Assembly: GCA_965644315.1 (NCBI GenBank)
Contig: CBFFRQ010000191.1
Span: 1 to 13,990 of the forward strand
DNA: 13,990 nt
Source: Caecitellus pseudoparvulus
Lineage: Eukaryota > Protista > Bigyra: Bicosoecida
Reading direction: 5' to 3'
The position numbers and the translations under genes are program-made. The notes beneath the pieces are model-generated. The model worked only from the letters and a program-made list of their open reading frames with translations, was not told the origin of the DNA and made no database searches. Every line of letters begins with the position of its first letter. Within the stretch, counting starts at the first letter, position 1. Positions 8,566 to 13,990 of the stretch are shown here, piece by piece.

Positions 8566-10258
8566 CTATACTTGCAGGGGCTTGCACAGCCCTGCGGTGA
8601 TTTCTAGTGTGTCCTTTAGTGTGCATTGTTTACAAGGGGGGCGAGCGTGCCAGAAGTAGCTCGTGTCGCGGCTGGGTAGCAATGCACGAGTCCAGTCCAG
8701 CCGCACTTGCCAAGCGGCCAGCAGACAGAGGCTGAGGGAGGATGCTAAAGGGCCTAACACCAGCGGCTGCTTTTCTGCATCTGCTAATTCAGTATCCTCT
8801 CCCCCTTCGAAGAAAAACTCCGCAGGCTCGGCAGCACTGACACACCATGGAACGGCTGGAGGGTAGCCGGCGGCATCAGGGTGCACAGCCAAGGTGGGCA
8901 CTGCGCCTCGTTTGCGGTACCGCATGCCGCCAATCTCAGCGGCACTGGTGAAGGCGATGGATGCGTCGTATGCAGGTCCGTGCATCTGGACCATGGCACG
9001 TGTGGCGCCCTCAGATGTCAGCGCCTTGCCCAAGTGAAGCACCGGCATGGCGAGCACGCCAAGCTCCGCAGAAACAGCTGCCAACTCGCTGTCCAGGCCA
9101 GCGCTCATCGCCTCTTGCGTCACGTGTTCGACCGTCTCAGGCACAAACGGGCACTCGGGCCAGGTGTGGGTGCCAGGCACGTCAGTCAGCACGACGCTGC
9201 CCAGACACACGTCAGCCGGCAAGGTTGCCCTGCCCTGCATGGGCCTGATGTCATGTGTGATTGTAGGTGCGTCTGGATGACGTGCAGGGTGGTGTTTGGC
9301 CCACTTGGCCAGCTTCTTTGCGAAGAAGTAGCTTTCCACAGTTTGGGCGCCGCTGCGACGCAGGTGGGCGGGCAATGCACCTGGCAAGGAGAAATCGCCG
9401 GCAACTGCCACGGGCAGCACTGGGACGAGGCTTCCCGTGACTGAGCGGCTCTACAGCGGGGGAAGGGATGTGTGGGCAGTGGCCGGCGCTTCATCTGGAG
9501 TGTCCACCCACTCTGGCGCGACAATGTGTCCTTCCGAGCTGCTTAGCAAGTTTAGCCCTTGCGACACACCCTTTTGCTCCGCAAGCGCCGTCCATGTCTC
9601 GAGCGAGGCGCTGCCTTGAGTGGGGAGACTGGAGCTTGCAGCCACTGTGCTGATGCCCTGGGAACGCACTTGCAGGGGTGGGAAGCCAGGACTGCCGACC
9701 AGGGCGCTGGCAGACACTGCAAACAGGCGGCGGAAGGGCAGCTGCCACCAGGGAGTCAAGTCCAGCTTTAAGCTGTGCAGCTGGACGCGGCTTGATGGGA
9801 GTTCCTGCAAGTCTGGCGCCAGCTCGCTCTGTGTCCCTGCTGTCCAGGCGTTGGACACCACCGCGGGCGGCACAGGGCAGAAGAGTGTGCACTCGCTGCC
9901 CACCGCGTCTACCTGGCGATCTTGTGAGCTGGCCAGGTGGAAGTACTGCAGCCGGGCACAACGTTCACGCGCACAGAGCCACTGGAGTGGGGTGGCTTGC
10001 ACAGTGTGAACAGCCACAGCTGTCGCGTGCAGGACCTGAATCGAGCGGATGATTTGACCCGAAGGCCCTTGCCGTGTGAACTGCTGCTCGGCAGAGTAGG
10101 AGCTGACAGTGGGCGGGGGGAGTGAGATGAAGGCAAAGTGCATGGGTTCACTCTGACAATGGCACATCTTCCACAGCACGCAGTGCACCTGCAGCAAGCT
10201 CTGCCCTTCAGGCGCTGCGCTCAGCGTTGGCAGCGCCAGTGAGAGCGGGAAAGCTTGG
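8566..10258 (-). CDS. Spliced hypothetical protein with Argonaute PAZ/L2-like motifs. Last exon 9450..8566, probable exon 9610..9512, upstream exon ending at 9670; 5' exon structure unresolved
   Basis: Two long ORFs (10197..9451 and 9420..8566) are separated by a TAG that sits in a pyrimidine-rich acceptor (CCCTTCCCCCGCTGTAG). Introns 9669..9611 (GTGCGT...GGCAG) and 9511..9451 (GTGGGT...TGTAG) give a continuous frame PPLQ-RLARD...HCRAR-SRSVTG. Further acceptor-like sites lie at 9946, 10103 and 10259. Confidence 0.65.
9451..9511 (-). other. Spliceosomal intron (61 nt) of the minus-strand gene
   Basis: GTGGGT donor at 9511; pyrimidine tract and TGTAG ending at 9451. Confidence 0.7.
9611..9669 (-). 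other. Probable spliceosomal intron (59 nt) of the minus-strand gene
   Basis: GTGCGT donor at 9669, the same as in the neighbouring gene. CTCAAGGCAG acceptor. Frame-compatible with the next intron; an alternative acceptor at 9629 is in the same phase. Confidence 0.55.
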
Positions 10259-10796
10259 CTGCGAGGATGAGTGTTTAATACAAGAAGCTATTGAACAAGG
10301 CTATCTCGCCCTCCAGGCCGTTCTCAGCCTCGAAGTGTATTGAATTATCTCGCGCCTCACACGCGATCGACAAGCTGAAGGGGCGGCCTTGCCTTCCACA
10401 GTGTTCGAAGTGGGTTACATGACGGGGAAAATAGGGGAGTCTGAGTGGAAGCCCAAGGAGACAAGGGCCCAACGAGATTTGGCGACAGGGTCTGAACAAG
10501 TTGGAGGTTCCGGCGAAGCGCTTCGAGAAAGCCACTTGAACGAAGTGCAGCAGAAGCAGGAACGGGGCACATCGATCACGCCATGGACATTTCAATGGCA
10601 ATAAGCATGTCACTATGGATTTAGTAGTGAGTGTGTAGAGCTGCATTGAGTGCGCAGCGAGCAACGCTGGCGGCTGGCGTGGCTGGTGCAAGTTGGCGGA
10701 AATTGGTTAGTGCAACGCGAGTTGTGACAAGTGCTCGCCACAAGGCATGTGACAACTCTCAACTCGCCCACGCCCACAGACAATAGATTTGACGCC

Positions 10797-13628
10797 ATGT
10801 CTTCATCAGGTGCAGGTGGGACGACCACAGGTATCGGCCCTGTGGATGCGTTGATCGACGTGGCTCGAGGGCCGTGTGTGGACAGCGTCGCTGTGCGAGG
10901 AGAAGTTGCAGAAGCACTGTTGGGCCTGGCGGGCGCAGTGGGGGAGGCCATGCCCGAGACAGGGCTTTGGCTTGGTGTGGAGGGGCAGATGGAGGCACTG
11001 GGGCGTATTGAGGCTGGGCTGGTGCGGATTCTGGAGGAAGTGAGGGGCAAGGTGCATGCTCGAGCTGAGCGAGGCTTGAAGCGGCTGTGCTGGTGTGTGC
11101 AGGTGGCACAGGATGCCTCGCAAGAAATGGTGAAGGGGACGCTGGTGCGAGATGAGTGGGTGGATGGTGTGCGGTTGGATCGTGCGCAGGGGAGCATTGT
11201 GGGTGCGTGGGCTGGAGTCACCGCCACAGCCAGTGAGTCACCTGGGAAGGAAGGGCTTTTGCGCGCATTGGCTGTGTGGGCTGCCGAGCACGCCTTCGGG
11301 TTGCCCAGACTGAGCCTGGAGATATTGTCAGAAGGGGAGATTGAAATGGGGGGAGCAGAGGTGGGCGAGTGTGTGGGGGCTGCCCAGGCCATTCTAGCTG
11401 CCGCTTCTGAGCGGCTTCGTGAGAGCGGTGAAGGCGCACTGGTTGGCGCGGCGGTTGATGTGGCGGGGATGGTGGAGACTCTTGGCAAGCTTGGGAGTCT
11501 TGGTGTGCCTGAGGTGGAGGTGGTGGAGGGCGATGATGTGGGAGTGAGTGTGGATATGGGTCTGAGTGGAGGTGGGCGTGCGTTCCTGCGTGGAGATGGT
11601 GGGGGCATGGTGTTGGAGTGGCGGAGTGAGTTCAAGATGCCGGTGTGGGTGGGGGAGGGGGGTGAAGGCGAGTGGGCGTCAAAGTGCACTGAGATTATGC
11701 GGGGACTAGTGCTGGGTCAGCGCCTGAATGCGTGGGCAGATGCAGCTGGTGTTCAAGCGCCAGTTCAGGCGTTGCGGGGTGTTGCTGTTCGTGTGGACCA
11801 ACGCCATGCTAGTGGTGCTGGTCCACTGGGAGCGTGGACATGCCTTGTGTTGCAAGTGACTGTGGATGCGGGCGTGTCAGTGGCTGACGTTGTGGGCGAT
11901 GAGGCTTGGGATGATGTGGAGAGCGACGTGAAGGCTGTTGTGGCACAGAAGTGTTTGGGCGTGTTGAGCGCTTGTGAGGAGTCAGGGACTGGGTATGCTG
12001 GAGGTGGTGTTCTGGGAGCACTGGTCGTGGAGGGGACTCGTGGGATGGATGGAGGTCTTGTCGATGTGGCACTGGATGTGGTGAGGGGTGTGGCATCAGT
12101 GCGGTTGTGTGCTGGGAGTGTGGGCCTGGTGGTGGGTGAGGCTGGGTGTGGGGAGTGGCGTGACGCGTTGAGGGGCATGCTCGACATGGAGTGTGGAGCT
12201 GGTGGAGGTGAAGGAAGTTGTGGTGTGTTTGCAAGTTTTGACGAAGGGAGCGTGTGGGGCGGCAGCGTGGATGTGGGAGGGTGTGATGAGTTGGTGTGTG
12301 CGGCGCATCGTTTAGGGGGTATGGGTGTTGATGGCGTGGGGTTGGCGCGGGGTGAGGTGGGTGATGGTGGAATGGGGGTTGTGTGGGATGCTATGGCTGG
12401 AGATGGGAGGAATGCGCAAGGTTTGTGGGAAGGAATGCGTGGATGGCGAGTCGAAGTGAGAGTGAGAGGAGATGTTCGGAAGGCAGGGAGGTGCAGTGGA
12501 TTGCTTCAAGCTCAGAGGAAAGTTGGAAGCATGGCTACACAAGGGGGGGACGAAAGTGGTTTTGTGGGTGTGTGGGGATGCTTGATGGGCGGAGGCGACG
12601 TGTTGGACATAGTGTCTCAGCACATGAAGGATGTGGCTGGGGTTGATGATGGGGCATGGTGTGGAAAGGATGCGGTGAATGTTCAGAGAGTGCATCACAC
12701 AGCGGGGGCAGGTGATGTTTGGGATTGCTGGGAGCTGGGTCGAATGTACGTGGACGGCAAGGGGGTGGAGAAGGATGATGCTGAGGCTGTGAGATGGTAC
12801 AGGGCGGCGGCGGAGCAGGGACACTCGAGCGGTCAGTTCAGCCTCGCATTGATGTACGCGCACGGCAGGGGTGTGGCGAAGGACGATGCTGAGGCTGTGC
12901 GATGGTACAGGGCGGCGGCTGAGCAGGGACATGCGAGCGGTCAAGTGAATCTTGGTCGAATGTGCGAAAACGGAAGGGGTGTGAAAAAAGACGATGCTGA
13001 GGCTGTGCGATTGTACAGGGCGTCAGCAGAGCGGGGGCACGCGGCCGGCCAGGTGAATCTTGGTGTTATGCACTTAAAAGGTAGGGGTGTGAGCAAAGAC
13101 GAGGCAGAGGCTGTGCGGTGGTTCAGGGCGGCGGCGGAGCAGGGAGATGCGGGGGGGCAGGCCAACCTTGGTTTGATGTACTCGAAAGGCAGGGGTGTTG
13201 AGCAGGACGATGCTGAGGCTGTGCGGTGGTTCAGGGCGGCGGCGGAGCAGGGACACGCGGCCGTGCAGAGGCGCCTTGGTTTGATGTACCAGCTCGGCAT
13301 GGGTATTGAGCACGATGAGGTTGAGGCAGTCCGGTGGTTCAGGGCAGCGGCAGAGCAGGGACACACGGCCGGCCAGGTGAATCTTGGTGTAATGTACTTA
13401 AAAGGTAGGGGTGTGAGCAAAGACGAGGCAGAGGCTGTGCGGTGGTTCAGGGCGGCGGCGGAGCAGGGAGATGCGGGGGGGCAGGCCAACCTTGGTTTGA
13501 TGTACTCGAAAGGCAGGGGTGTTGAGCAGGACGATGCTGAGGCTGTGCGGTGGTTCAGGGCGGCGGCGGAGCAGGGAAACAGCATTGCTATTTCTTTCCT
13601 CAAGCGCAGGGGGCTGCGGTCTTCGTAA
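10797..13628 (+). CDS. Sel1-repeat protein (943 aa) with a long Gly/Val/Ala/Glu-rich N-terminal region (putative helical bundle plus pseudokinase-like domain)
   Basis: Single uninterrupted ORF. The first in-frame ATG is at 10797 (gccATG). Eight clear Sel1 repeats lie at the C-terminus. Confidence 0.9.
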   Translation: MSSSGAGGTTTGIGPVDALIDVARGPCVDSVAVRGEVAEALLGLAGAVGEAMPETGLWLGVEGQMEALGRIEAGLVRILEEVRGKVHARAERGLKRLCWCVQVAQDASQEMVKGTLVRDEWVDGVRLDRAQGSIVGAWAGVTATASESPGKEGLLRALAVWAAEHAFGLPRLSLEILSEGEIEMGGAEVGECVGAAQAILAAASERLRESGEGALVGAAVDVAGMVETLGKLGSLGVPEVEVVEGDDVGVSVDMGLSGGGRAFLRGDGGGMVLEWRSEFKMPVWVGEGGEGEWASKCTEIMRGLVLGQRLNAWADAAGVQAPVQALRGVAVRVDQRHASGAGPLGAWTCLVLQVTVDAGVSVADVVGDEAWDDVESDVKAVVAQKCLGVLSACEESGTGYAGGGVLGALVVEGTRGMDGGLVDVALDVVRGVASVRLCAGSVGLVVGEAGCGEWRDALRGMLDMECGAGGGEGSCGVFASFDEGSVWGGSVDVGGCDELVCAAHRLGGMGVDGVGLARGEVGDGGMGVVWDAMAGDGRNAQGLWEGMRGWRVEVRVRGDVRKAGRCSGLLQAQRKVGSMATQGGDESGFVGVWGCLMGGGDVLDIVSQHMKDVAGVDDGAWCGKDAVNVQRVHHTAGAGDVWDCWELGRMYVDGKGVEKDDAEAVRWYRAAAEQGHSSGQFSLALMYAHGRGVAKDDAEAVRWYRAAAEQGHASGQVNLGRMCENGRGVKKDDAEAVRLYRASAERGHAAGQVNLGVMHLKGRGVSKDEAEAVRWFRAAAEQGDAGGQANLGLMYSKGRGVEQDDAEAVRWFRAAAEQGHAAVQRRLGLMYQLGMGIEHDEVEAVRWFRAAAEQGHTAGQVNLGVMYLKGRGVSKDEAEAVRWFRAAAEQGDAGGQANLGLMYSKGRGVEQDDAEAVRWFRAAAEQGNSIAISFLKRRGLRSS
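12726..13589 (+). repeat. Eight tandem Sel1-like repeats (36 aa / 108 nt)
   Basis: Consensus QxNLGxMYxxGRGVxxDDAEAVRWFRAAAEQGxxxG. The DNA core gaggctgtgcggtggttcagggcggcggcggagcaggg recurs every 108 nt. Confidence 0.97.
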
Positions 13629-13990
13629 AGGCAGTCGTCGGATCACTCTCTCGAAATTTGTGCTGTCCATCATTGCCCTGCACATTTCCCCTGTAATCCA
13701 GGAGAGTTCAAGTTTGTGATCGTTTGGACGCTTCTTGCTCCTGCTTTAGTACTGTGTACCCCACCTGGCCCTCTCACGTTGTTGCAGCTGAAGGGCGTAC
13801 AGTCCACTTCGTGTCTTGGAGTCGCTTCGCCGATGGCACTGTCGCCGTGGTGCATCTTATCATGATTCACATGCCGTCACAGCCACAAGATGTAGTCTGT
13901 ATGCACTGTCCAGAGGTAGCTGCGCGCATTCCAGAATCAGCTCATTCCACGCCCTTGAAGGAAAACAGTGGCTGCTGCCTGAAACACGCA

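Noticed and set aside
9451-9453. TAG reassignment or alternative genetic code, suggested by two in-frame TAGs (5385 and 9451)
   Set aside because: The 9451 TAG is a good splice acceptor, and the long ORFs contain no other internal TAGs as recoding would predict.
10211-10237. 8-bp inverted repeat GGCGCTGC...GCAGCGCC
   Set aside because: Short, expected by chance in GC-rich DNA, has no U-tract, and lies in a probable exon.
13042-13577. Diversity-generating retroelement TR/VR pair
   Set aside because: Only two mismatches (T/A and C/T), not a set of adenine-specific changes. Both copies are coding repeats and there is no reverse transcriptase in the window.
12726-13589. CRISPR-like array (a ~35-nt conserved core recurring with variable intervals)
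   Set aside because: The period is exactly 108 nt, in frame, and encodes Sel1 repeats. The intervals are homologous to one another and there are no cas genes.
10613-13603. Long minus-strand ORFs (10613..11689, 12312..12944, 12941..13603)
   Set aside because: Pro/Ser/Thr/His-rich antisense shadows of the G-skewed and repetitive + strand gene.
13629-13990. ORF 13670..13870 (-) and the terminal region
   Set aside because: Short, with no recognisable motif. It cannot be supported without the downstream flank.

Overview
GC-rich eukaryotic genomic DNA, probably from a protist. Short GTGCGT/GTGGGT...YAG spliceosomal introns of about 60-100 nt and tight gene packing suggest a stramenopile-like organism (inference). 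Four main genes are supported. (1) A large + strand surface receptor: signal peptide, about 13 VLR-like LRRs, Cys-rich domain, Ser/Thr/Pro stalk, second Cys-rich domain and about 9 TM helices, with an in-frame open extension past its TAG. (2) A 5-exon multi-pass membrane protein of about 682 aa that the ORF track splits over three ORFs. (3) A spliced minus-strand gene whose last exon carries colinear Argonaute PAZ/L2-like motifs but no PIWI domain. (4) An intronless, strongly G-skewed gene with a helical N-terminus, a possible pseudokinase and 8 Sel1 repeats containing a recent internal duplication. Taken together the window may be a protist immune/recognition locus. The Argonaute-like and pseudokinase calls are by-eye motif matches that need HMM or structure confirmation. 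No rRNA, tRNA, CRISPR array or transposase was seen.
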